Positions 1-7,862 of a DNA stretch of 64,000 nucleotides are shown here, piece by piece. Origin of the DNA: SAR86 cluster bacterium. Its GTDB lineage: Bacteria; Pseudomonadota; Gammaproteobacteria; Magnimaribacterales; D2472. The notes under the pieces are model-generated. The model had not been told where the DNA came from. It did no database searches and saw only the letters and a list, made by a program, of their open reading frames with translations. The stretch is taken from the NCBI GenBank assembly GCA_023703615.1, contig CP097971.1, positions 918,315 through 982,314 on the forward strand, written 5' to 3'. Made by a program: the position numbers and the translations under genes. Every line of letters starts with the position of its first letter. Positions within the stretch are counted from its first letter, which is position 1.

Positions 1-483
1 TCACAAGCTTATAGAGCAGCAGCAAATACAAAGTCAAAAGTTACAAACGTAATTGCGCCGTTAATGAGGATACTAAATAAATCAGGAAAATTATTAATAA
101 CACATTCATGTGGCGGTGATTCAGTTGAAAAAATTCTTAAAATTGCATGGAAAGATAGAGTACCTTTTCCAAGCAAAGCAAAAAATATAGTAGATTTTTT
201 AAAAGAAAATCCAGTTGGAGAAAATAGTAAATATTCTTACTCAAAAACTAAAAACTATACTTTTAAATTTAGAAGAACCCCTGATCAAACAGTCTCAGAA
301 CTTTTTGGTCATGGTATTGATGCAAAGTGGGCAAATATTCTTTATGTTGGACAAATACCAGAAAAAGACATTCAAAGTGTTGAAAAAAATAGTCTTCTCT
401 CAAAAAAAATAAAGGGAGCTATCTTAAAAGAAAAGAATATGTTTTTTAAGAACGAAATATTTAGTATAAAGAAAATTAGGTAA
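1..483 (+). CDS. hypothetical protein, C-terminal fragment (reading frame open to window edge)
   Basis: Frame 1 has no stop from nt 1 to TAA at 481-483. The stop overlaps the next ATG (TAATG). No family motif recognised. Confidence 0.5.
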   Translation, partial: SQAYRAAANTKSKVTNVIAPLMRILNKSGKLLITHSCGGDSVEKILKIAWKDRVPFPSKAKNIVDFLKENPVGENSKYSYSKTKNYTFKFRRTPDQTVSELFGHGIDAKWANILYVGQIPEKDIQSVEKNSLLSKKIKGAILKEKNMFFKNEIFSIKKIR

Positions 484-893
484 TGAAAATTTTAATCATG
501 GGATTGCCTGGAAGTGGTAAAACTTATTTAGCTGAAAGATTACAACCTCTTTTAAATGCAGCTTGGTATAACGCAGACAAAGTTAGAGAAATGGCTAATG
601 ATTGGGACTTTTCTCCAAAAGGAAGAGTTCGACAAAGCCTTAGAATGAGAAATTTAGCTGATTTCGAGAAAAAGCATAACAGAACAGTTTTATGCGACTT
701 TGTATGCCCCACTAAAGAAACACAAAATATTTTCCATCCAGATATAATTATTTGGATGAATACAATTAAAAAAGGTAGATATGAAGACACTAATAAGATG
801 TTTGAAAATCCAACTAATGTAGATTATGAAGTTAATGAATTTAATGACAAAAATCATAATGAAATTGCAAAAAAAATAATCGATAATGTTTGA
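483..893 (+). CDS. P-loop NTPase / small-molecule kinase-like protein
   Basis: N-terminal Walker A 'MGLPGSGKTYLAERL'. At 136 aa its size fits APS-kinase/AAA_33-like kinases. Translationally coupled on both sides. Confidence 0.6.
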   Translation: MKILIMGLPGSGKTYLAERLQPLLNAAWYNADKVREMANDWDFSPKGRVRQSLRMRNLADFEKKHNRTVLCDFVCPTKETQNIFHPDIIIWMNTIKKGRYEDTNKMFENPTNVDYEVNEFNDKNHNEIAKKIIDNV

Positions 894-1278
894 TCCAAAA
901 AAGCCAACAGTTTTAATGTTAGGAAGATGGCAGCCATGGCATGAAGGACACCAAGAATTATTCAAAAGGTGTATAAGAAAAACTGGTCAAGTTGTTATAC
1001 AAGTTAGAGATGTGGGCGGCTCGTCAGGAGGAAAAAATCAGGATGATAATCCATTTGACTGGATAACTGTATGCGGCAATATTGAAGCTGGATTAATTAA
1101 GGACAACTTTCATAGAGGAAAAGAGTATGAAATCATACTGGTGCCTAATATCGTAAATATTTCATATGGCCGAGGAGTTGGCTATAGCATTGAAGAGGAA
1201 GTTTTTGAGGATGAAATAACAAACATCAGTGCTACAAAAATTAGAGAAAAATTAAGAGATGAAGGAAAAATTAAATGA
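886..1278 (+). CDS. small cytidylyl/adenylyl-transferase family nucleotidyltransferase (TagD-sized)
   Basis: HxGH-type motif 'WQPWHEGHQELF' and C-terminal 'ISATKIRE' (ISxTxIR motif) at 130 aa. Has an 8-nt overlap with the upstream gene. Confidence 0.6.
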   Translation: MFDPKKPTVLMLGRWQPWHEGHQELFKRCIRKTGQVVIQVRDVGGSSGGKNQDDNPFDWITVCGNIEAGLIKDNFHRGKEYEIILVPNIVNISYGRGVGYSIEEEVFEDEITNISATKIREKLRDEGKIK

Positions 1279-1796
1279 GAAGAATAGTTACTGGACATAA
1301 TAAAGAGGGTAAATCAATGATTATGATGGATGGCCCTCCTCCAAGATCAATTGGAGAGGAAGTTGGAGGCCTATTTGAATTATGGAACACAGATGGCGAT
1401 CTTATAAAAACAACCGACAATAATGACAGAGCGGACAGTGAAATAATTTTATCACCAATAAAAAATGGAACAAAATTCAGATATTTTCAGATAAACCCAA
1501 CGCCCGAAGGAGTTCCGCTGGATAAGTTAGAAGAAATGGCAGAATCTGCTTTTAGACAAATTGGTGCTGCTCATCACAGAATAGACACTTCAAAACATCC
1601 TGCAATGCATAAAACAGAAACAATTGATTACATCATTTTATTAAAGGGTGACGTTACATTAATTCTGGACGAAGACGAGGTGAAATTACAACCTTTTGAT
1701 GTTGTTGTTCAAAGGGGAACCAATCATGCATGGCAGAACAATGGAAATGAGCCTGCTCTGCTTATTGCTGTTTTGATTGACAGCAAATTAGATTAA
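1275..1796 (+). CDS. cupin-domain protein
   Basis: 173 aa. The C-terminal half 'HKTETIDYIILLKGDVTLILDEDEVKLQPFDVVVQRGTNHAWQN' matches the two-motif cupin beta-barrel pattern. ATGA overlap with the previous gene. Confidence 0.5.
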   Translation: MRRIVTGHNKEGKSMIMMDGPPPRSIGEEVGGLFELWNTDGDLIKTTDNNDRADSEIILSPIKNGTKFRYFQINPTPEGVPLDKLEEMAESAFRQIGAAHHRIDTSKHPAMHKTETIDYIILLKGDVTLILDEDEVKLQPFDVVVQRGTNHAWQNNGNEPALLIAVLIDSKLD

Positions 1797-2962
1797 TTTA
1801 AGAGTTTAAACTTAAGGCCAGCATTCTTTTCCAATCTAACTATCAACTTAACTCCCATTGAGGAAGATGGCGTATATATTCCACCAACTAATTCATTGCA
1901 TTCTTTTACGATGCATATAGCACTTTCTGCAATCATTTTTGATGTTGAGCCATAGCCAGGATCCATATCGCCAGAGACTGAAGCTGATAAAAATTCATCA
2001 TTAATATCTGCATAAAAATGAATATCATAACTTCCCTTTTCTCTTGATTCCTTTGATGGTCCTTCACCTGGTTTAGGAATATTATCTCCCATTAGAGGAT
2101 TGGTTGATGCAATTAGCTTAGAAAGTTTTTCTCCTTCATCACCTGGACCTGATGCCCACATTTCATTGTATTTAAAATCTTTTCCATAAGGAAAATTTAG
2201 CAAACTGTTTGATCTGTGGATATTTTTGGTATTTATTGGTGCCATAAAAAATGGTGCAACCCATGATTGTAACTTTTCATCATAAAATGGTTTTGAATCT
2301 TGAGGTTGTGGTGTTACATCTTTTATTTTTGATAATGACAAAGGATTTGCAAGCACTTCAAAAAGTTCTGGTTTATGTTTTAATGACTTCATTGTTGCTT
2401 TTAAAGATGCAGCTGTCCCTCCAGAAAATTCTCCATCCATTACGATCACCCTTGCCCTAACAGAGCTTGCAGCTTTACCATAAACTTTTTTAGTTTCTTT
2501 TTGAATAAAATGAACACCCAAATCAAATGGAATACTATCAAATCCACATGAAAAAATAATTCTTGATCCTGATTTTATTGCGGCTTCTTCATGATTTTCA
2601 ATCATTTCATACATCCATCCAGGTTCACCACATAAATCTACGTAATCAACTCCAGAATTAACGCAAGCCTCAACAATATTACTTCCATACAACTGGTAAG
2701 GACCAACAGTAGTTAAAACACATTTTGTTTTATTAATCATTGCGTCGATTGAAATTTTATCATTACTATCTACAATGAAAATTTCGAGATCATTGGGGGC
2801 ATCTAGATCTGCTTTTATTGACAACAGTTTTTGTTTATTCCTGCCTGCAATAGCCCAATTAATACCAGAATTAAAACCATAAGTTTTCAAAACATATTCA
2901 ACAACTAGTTTTCCAGTAAAGCCTGAGGCGCCAAAAATTATAAAATCGTATTTGTTATTCAT
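1793..2962 (-). CDS. saccharopine dehydrogenase-like NAD(P)-binding oxidoreductase
   Basis: N-terminal Rossmann motif 'FIIFGASGFTGKLVVEYV' and a 389-aa architecture typical of the family. Confidence 0.7.
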   Translation of the reverse strand: MNNKYDFIIFGASGFTGKLVVEYVLKTYGFNSGINWAIAGRNKQKLLSIKADLDAPNDLEIFIVDSNDKISIDAMINKTKCVLTTVGPYQLYGSNIVEACVNSGVDYVDLCGEPGWMYEMIENHEEAAIKSGSRIIFSCGFDSIPFDLGVHFIQKETKKVYGKAASSVRARVIVMDGEFSGGTAASLKATMKSLKHKPELFEVLANPLSLSKIKDVTPQPQDSKPFYDEKLQSWVAPFFMAPINTKNIHRSNSLLNFPYGKDFKYNEMWASGPGDEGEKLSKLIASTNPLMGDNIPKPGEGPSKESREKGSYDIHFYADINDEFLSASVSGDMDPGYGSTSKMIAESAICIVKECNELVGGIYTPSSSMGVKLIVRLEKNAGLKFKLLN

Positions 2963-3761
2963 CTGACCAGTTTGGCTTTCTTTTACTTAAAAATGCTTCA
3001 ATACCCTCAATGGCATCCTTTTTTTTTATATTTTCTTCCATAACTTTTGAAGTAAAATCATATGCCTCTGATAAATCCAATTCAATTTGTTTGTAAAAAG
3101 CTTGTTTACCAAGTCTTATAGTCATTAAAGATTTTTCTGATATTTTTTTTGCTAGATCGTCTACTTCTAATTTAAGATTATCTGCTGTTGTAATTTTATT
3201 TATAAGGCCTATATCATAAGCTTTCTTTGAGTCGATCATTTCGCCTGTTAACAACATTTCCATAGCATGTTTTTTTGCTACATTTCTTGATAATGCAACC
3301 ATTGGAGTAGAGCAAAAGAATCCAATATTTACTCCTGGGGTTGCAAATTGTGCATCTTCTGAAGCTACGGCCAAGTCACATGATGCAACTAATTGACAAC
3401 CAGCAGCAGTTGCGTGACCAGCAACTTCAGCTATAACAGGTTTTGAACAATTTACAATATTTTTCATTAACTCTGAGCATCTTTTAAATAGATTTTCAAA
3501 ATAAGCATCGCCATCATCATCATTTTCTCTTGCATTAGTGATCTCTTTTAAATTGTGTCCAGAGGAAAAAGTTGAGCCAATTGCAGAAATTATTATGACT
3601 CTTATTGAACCATCTATATTACCTTTTTGTATTTCCTTGTTTAATTCGATAATCATTTCTTCAGATAGCGCATTACGATTTTTTTTATCATTTAAGACGA
3701 GCTTTAAAATACTATTCTTTGATGTATCTTTTATTAAAATGCTATTTTTACTATCTTTCAT
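2955..3761 (-). CDS. enoyl-CoA hydratase/isomerase (crotonase) family protein
   Basis: Crotonase core 'FSSGHNLKE...AEVAGHATAAGCQLVASCDLAVASEDAQFATPGVNIGFF'. Confidence 0.8.
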   Translation of the reverse strand: MKDSKNSILIKDTSKNSILKLVLNDKKNRNALSEEMIIELNKEIQKGNIDGSIRVIIISAIGSTFSSGHNLKEITNARENDDDGDAYFENLFKRCSELMKNIVNCSKPVIAEVAGHATAAGCQLVASCDLAVASEDAQFATPGVNIGFFCSTPMVALSRNVAKKHAMEMLLTGEMIDSKKAYDIGLINKITTADNLKLEVDDLAKKISEKSLMTIRLGKQAFYKQIELDLSEAYDFTSKVMEENIKKKDAIEGIEAFLSKRKPNWSDE

Positions 3762-3765
3762 AACA

Positions 3766-4176
3766 TTATTTGGAAAGTTCTATTTTGGGGCATCTGTTCA
3801 TTATAACTTTTAATCCTGCTTTTTCTGCAATCTCTGCAGCTTCATGATCAACTATATTTAACTGAGTCCATAAAACTTTTGCGCCAATAGCAATAGCTTC
3901 TTTAGTAATTTCCATTACTGCATCTTTTTGCCTAAATATGTCTACCATATCAATTTTTTTATCAACCATATTTAATGACGGTAAACATTTTTGATTTAAA
4001 ATTGTTTTATTTTGAAGGTTTGGATTAATTGGGAAAATTTTATAGCCTTTTTCTATGAGAAACTGCATAACTTTAAAGCTATCTCTTTCTGGCTTGTTGC
4101 TTGCTCCAACGATGGCAATCGTGTCAATTTTTTTAAGAATTTCTTTAATATTATCATTTGATTCATCTTGAATCAT
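3766..4176 (-). CDS. CoA-binding domain protein (YccU/YneT-like)
   Basis: 'IAIVGASNKPERDSFKVMQFLIEKGYKIFPINPN' is the typical CoA_binding_2 N-terminus. 136 aa. Confidence 0.7.
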   Translation of the reverse strand: MIQDESNDNIKEILKKIDTIAIVGASNKPERDSFKVMQFLIEKGYKIFPINPNLQNKTILNQKCLPSLNMVDKKIDMVDIFRQKDAVMEITKEAIAIGAKVLWTQLNIVDHEAAEIAEKAGLKVIMNRCPKIELSK

Positions 4177-4199
4177 ATTAGATACCCCCTTAATGCGAA

Positions 4200-4610
4200 C
4201 TACCTATTATACGCTGGAAGTGTGACAACATATGCCCAATAAAAAAATAAAAATTGAAGAGCTAATCGAAAATATAATAGTTCAATTGAAATGTTTGGAA
4301 ATGCCTCTGGAGTTAACGCCATATAGATATTTGCTGGATATACCGTAACTAACAATACAATTAATCCCCACCCCGCTATTTTTCGAAATCGAAATATTAA
4401 AACACCTAATCCTCCCAATATCTCAAAAAATCCACTTATGTATACAGCTTCTTTATGCAAAGGAAATGCAGGTGGCATTATTGATAAATAAAAATCTGGA
4501 TTTATGAAATGATCTATGCCAAAAAATATAAAAAATATAGCTAAACCAAATAAAACTATTTTTCTTAAAATTCCATCTGGTAAATTAAATATTTTATGAA
4601 TATATTCCAT
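4200..4610 (-). CDS. DoxX-like integral membrane protein
   Basis: 136 aa with four hydrophobic segments. 'FGIDHF' and 'LEILGGLGVL'-type motifs resemble DoxX. Confidence 0.5.
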   Translation of the reverse strand: MEYIHKIFNLPDGILRKIVLFGLAIFFIFFGIDHFINPDFYLSIMPPAFPLHKEAVYISGFFEILGGLGVLIFRFRKIAGWGLIVLLVTVYPANIYMALTPEAFPNISIELLYFRLALQFLFFYWAYVVTLPAYNR

Positions 4611-4618
4611 TAAGGTCT

Positions 4619-5227
4619 CTATTTTAAACTTCTTGCAAATTTTCTCACTTTTCGCATATGTTTTTCAAAGTCACTTTTTTTCATGTTTGGTAGTACTGAA
4701 TAGAATCTTAAATACTTCGTCTTGAGTCCACCGGATTGAAATATTGATTTTTTCAATCTTCTGTAAGGAATATTATCAAATAGAGAAAAATTAAAATAAC
4801 TCACCATTGGTCCACCATAGGTCATAGAAACAATACCAATCTTATTCTTCATTGCTCCTGCAACAGGATATCCATAGTTACCAAAAAATTTACTATCAGG
4901 TAATAATGATTTGTATGAAAAGAACCATGTGGGATGAAGAACCCAGTCAATCCAATTTTCTAGAATCACATTCATTCTTAAATTATGACAAGCACTCATT
5001 AAAAACATTGCATCTGAATCTTCTAGTCTGCTTCTGTAATCCATTACTAATTGAGGAGGAGGATTTATATCACTTCTGTAAAATGGTAATTGCTCTTCTT
5101 CATCAAACAAATTTATCAAATCTATTTCATGTCCAATTTTTTTTGATTCTTCAATAAAGGTATCTCTAACAGATGCATTAAAAGAATCTTTAGTATTAAA
5201 ATGGCCAAAAACTATACAAATTTTCAT
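4619..5227 (-). CDS. flavodoxin-like fold NAD(P)H (quinone) oxidoreductase family protein
   Basis: 'MKICIVFGHFNTKDSFNASVRD' N-terminus. I place the start at the ATG at 5227. The ORF-track TTG at 5242 lies inside the duplicated guaA tail. Confidence 0.6.
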   Translation of the reverse strand: MKICIVFGHFNTKDSFNASVRDTFIEESKKIGHEIDLINLFDEEEQLPFYRSDINPPPQLVMDYRSRLEDSDAMFLMSACHNLRMNVILENWIDWVLHPTWFFSYKSLLPDSKFFGNYGYPVAGAMKNKIGIVSMTYGGPMVSYFNFSLFDNIPYRRLKKSIFQSGGLKTKYLRFYSVLPNMKKSDFEKHMRKVRKFARSLK

Positions 5228-5230
5228 ATT

Positions 5231-5246
5231 ATTCCCACTCAATAGT
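5231..5246. repeat. distal copy of 16-bp direct repeat (pseudo guaA 3' end)
   Basis: Exact match to 7865-7880, read directly from the sequence. Confidence 0.9.
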
Positions 5247-5317
5247 AGAATGCCTCTGAAACCCTTGTATAGATAGTGTTTCAGAATAGTGTGTCACATT
5301 TGTGTCATACGAATTAT

Positions 5318-5608
5318 TCATTTGTATGCCCTATCGTAAACTTCTATAAATTCTTCGATGTCTGCTATGTGTCCTTCAAAATGTAAAATATCTTTTTCAT
5401 AACCGTCTATGAGTTCTTTAGTCAATTTCTTAATTCTTGCAAAATCGATTTCATACATTCTACCGTTTTCATAATGTTCCCGATTTTCATCTAATAAATC
5501 AATGACTACTTTTTGTCTTTTTTTAAAACCTTCAAGAGTTTTCTTTTGATTAGGTAATTTTCGTTTTACGACTTTATATAATTCGTGGTCATTCTCTAAA
5601 TAACTCAT
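5318..5608 (-). CDS. hypothetical charged 96-aa protein
   Basis: ORF with an ATGA overlap to the upstream small membrane ORF. No recognisable motif. Confidence 0.4.
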   Translation of the reverse strand: MSYLENDHELYKVVKRKLPNQKKTLEGFKKRQKVVIDLLDENREHYENGRMYEIDFARIKKLTKELIDGYEKDILHFEGHIADIEEFIEVYDRAYK

Positions 5609-5808
5609 TTACCTGTAAGTATATATTGAAAGGAATACTTTGAAAAAATTAGGAAACCGTAAAGAGCGCAAAGTGCTCTCCATGCAGGCATGTCGAAATT
5701 TTCCATAACAATAAGAAGAGGACTGGGAAAATAACCATCATTTGGAATTATAGATATTGTCAAAATTACAAATAGTATATTGTGTAACCTCTGAATTTTT
5801 TCGTTCAT
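5605..5808 (-). CDS. hypothetical small membrane protein (2 predicted TM segments)
   Basis: 67 aa. Hydrophobic stretches 'ILFVILTISII' and 'ALCALYGFLIF'. Coupled to the downstream ORF. Confidence 0.35.
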   Translation of the reverse strand: MNEKIQRLHNILFVILTISIIPNDGYFPSPLLIVMENFDMPAWRALCALYGFLIFSKYSFQYILTGK

Positions 5809-5832
5809 CTTTTAATCTGTTTATTCATTAAC

Positions 5833-6360
5833 TTATTTTTTTGACCATGACCAAGATATAGTTGTATTTTTTACACAATGGTTGTTTGTTACGAAGTTGT
5901 GGTAACCAATTCCACTAGACATATTTGATACCGAACCACTATATTTGGCAACTGCTCTTCCTCTTGATTGTATTAATATATCTTCAGACCATGACATTAA
6001 TGGATCTTTATCGGAATCTAAAAAAGTTATTTCATATTTTAATGTCGCAGTATTTTTAGTTCGATTAACAACATCCATTTTCCATCCTGACAACTGATAG
6101 CATCCTAAATTTTTAACTATAAAATCACCATTAAATAACTCGGTATCATTAAAGGATAAAACTTTTTTATCAAGATCAGAACTCCCTATAACTGATGAGG
6201 AACCACTACCTGACAAAGAACCTCCCCAACCAGAACTTCTATGACAATGATATCCACCAGTTTTAGTCTCTTTATGACAACCGTATCTGTCTAAACCGCC
6301 TCCATGTGAAAATAGAGCACTTGAAAAAGCAAAAAATATAACTGCAAAAAGATATTTCAT
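5833..6360 (-). CDS. secreted YHYH-motif domain protein
   Basis: Signal peptide 'MKYLFAVIFFAFSSALFSHG' followed by 'GGLDRYGCHKETKTGGYHCH' (YHYH-domain signature). Start placed at the internal ATG (M7 of the track ORF). Confidence 0.6.
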   Translation of the reverse strand: MKYLFAVIFFAFSSALFSHGGGLDRYGCHKETKTGGYHCHRSSGWGGSLSGSGSSSVIGSSDLDKKVLSFNDTELFNGDFIVKNLGCYQLSGWKMDVVNRTKNTATLKYEITFLDSDKDPLMSWSEDILIQSRGRAVAKYSGSVSNMSSGIGYHNFVTNNHCVKNTTISWSWSKK

Positions 6361-6487
6361 TATGATTATTATACACATTGAAAATATGCAAAAAATCCCA
6401 ATATAAATAAGTGTAAAGAAAGAAATATATTCCTTATTTCAGATTCCATTACTCACATCAACATACCTAATTTTGGGTGTGTTTTTT

Positions 6488-6802
6488 ATGGAGAAAAATA
6501 TGCAAGTATTTAAATGTGAAATTAACAATCCGAAAGGAAAAATCAATCATAACGTTCACGTTGATTGGGATGATCAAGGTAACCTACATTTTTGTGAACA
6601 CGATCTTGGAGATGGTGTAAAAGAGTTTTGGGGAACTGATGAGTATGAATACTTTATGATGATTCCGCAAAAGCATGTCGCAAAGTTTATTCTTTGTTCT
6701 TTTTGGAAAGGTTTTACTTTTGAAGGGAGATTCACAGTTAAAGAATTAAGAGAATTATGTGATGAATACAAAATTGAATATCAAACTGATTTTTGGATGT
6801 AA
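6488..6802 (+). CDS. hypothetical protein
   Basis: ORF on the opposite strand to its neighbours. The first ATG is at 6488 (the track uses TTG at 6473). No motif recognised. Confidence 0.4.
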   Translation: MEKNMQVFKCEINNPKGKINHNVHVDWDDQGNLHFCEHDLGDGVKEFWGTDEYEYFMMIPQKHVAKFILCSFWKGFTFEGRFTVKELRELCDEYKIEYQTDFWM

Positions 6803-6817
6803 TTAATTAAAAAATAA

Positions 6818-7753
6818 TTATCTTTTATATTCGTTTAGACTGAAGTTAACCTCATATGTAAAAATCTCAACATCCTTTGCTCTTTTTTGTGCGTAGTAAA
6901 GTTTTTCATCAAATTTTCCAGCAACAATAATACCTTTAACATTCTCATCTTGTTTTTTCTCTTCAATCCATCCCATGTATCTTAAAATTTGTCCAACTGT
7001 GTCATCACTCGTTTGATTTCTTTTTAGTTCTATCACAACGTGGTGTCCGTCTTTTTTATCTTTTGCAAGAATATCTATTCTTCCAATGTCAGTCATATAC
7101 TGCTGACTTTTTAAATCACCCTCTTCATATATAAGATCATATTTTTTTCCAAACTCTGTTTCATTCCAATTTTCAATAATGAAGTCTTCTAGTTGTTGCT
7201 CCATATAGAACAAACCAGAACTCATTGATGACTTTTCATCTTTAAGTTCTATATTAAGACACTCTTTAAAAAAATTAACTATTTCTTTTAATTCTTGGAG
7301 AAGTTCTTCATCTGATATCTCTTTACCGTCTCTACAAAAAATTACATCACCATTTTTAATTTCAGGTTCGTAATGTTTGTATACAAATGAATCTCCATAT
7401 CTGAAAGGATTTTCAATAAAATTTGAAATCTTTGTCTTGGAATCATGTATCTCTCTAGTCCAACTTGTTTCTGGAATATGAGTCTCACTTATGCCATATG
7501 CAAGAATCAATATATTCTGTTCTTTATAAAATAAATAAACTGGGTTATATCCATTACTCACCGGCATATCCGGTGCTCTCAATGCAACCCATGGCACTTT
7601 TGATAAATTACCTTGTCCGAAAGATACCTTCATTTTAAGATCTAAAAATTCTTTAGGGTAATCTTTCGTTTTAAGACTATCTGTCTCTGTTTGCTTGATA
7701 AAATCTTTTAAGAATTCCATTGAATAAGTATGCCATGAACTTATGACTTTCAA
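6818..7753 (-). CDS. McrB-N-like (DUF3578-type) DNA-reader domain fused to NucS/DUF91-like PD-(D/E)xK nuclease; putative modification-dependent restriction endonuclease
   Basis: N-terminal half: 'LKMKVSFGQGNLSKVPWVALRAPDMPVSNGYNPVYLFYKEQNILILAYGIS'. C-terminal half: 'EQQLEDFIIENW...DIGRIDILAKDKKDGHHVVIELKRNQTSDDTVGQILRYMGWI...VKGIIVA'. Confidence 0.6.
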   Translation of the reverse strand: MKVISSWHTYSMEFLKDFIKQTETDSLKTKDYPKEFLDLKMKVSFGQGNLSKVPWVALRAPDMPVSNGYNPVYLFYKEQNILILAYGISETHIPETSWTREIHDSKTKISNFIENPFRYGDSFVYKHYEPEIKNGDVIFCRDGKEISDEELLQELKEIVNFFKECLNIELKDEKSSMSSGLFYMEQQLEDFIIENWNETEFGKKYDLIYEEGDLKSQQYMTDIGRIDILAKDKKDGHHVVIELKRNQTSDDTVGQILRYMGWIEEKKQDENVKGIIVAGKFDEKLYYAQKRAKDVEIFTYEVNFSLNEYKR

Positions 7754-7862
7754 TAGTTCTTAAAGTGTGTCAGATTTGTATTTGTAAGATTTGGAAACCT
7801 GCATTCCTACATTGAAGTGACAAATTGTCTCATACGTAAACTACTGATATAAGGTAATTATT

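Noticed and set aside
5228-5242. ORF-track N-terminal extension 'MSGNN' (TTG start at 5242) on the flavodoxin-like protein.
   Set aside because: The extension is simply the reverse complement of the duplicated guaA tail (TTGAGTGGGAAT). A normal ATG with a typical family N-terminus (MKICIVFGH) follows at 5227.
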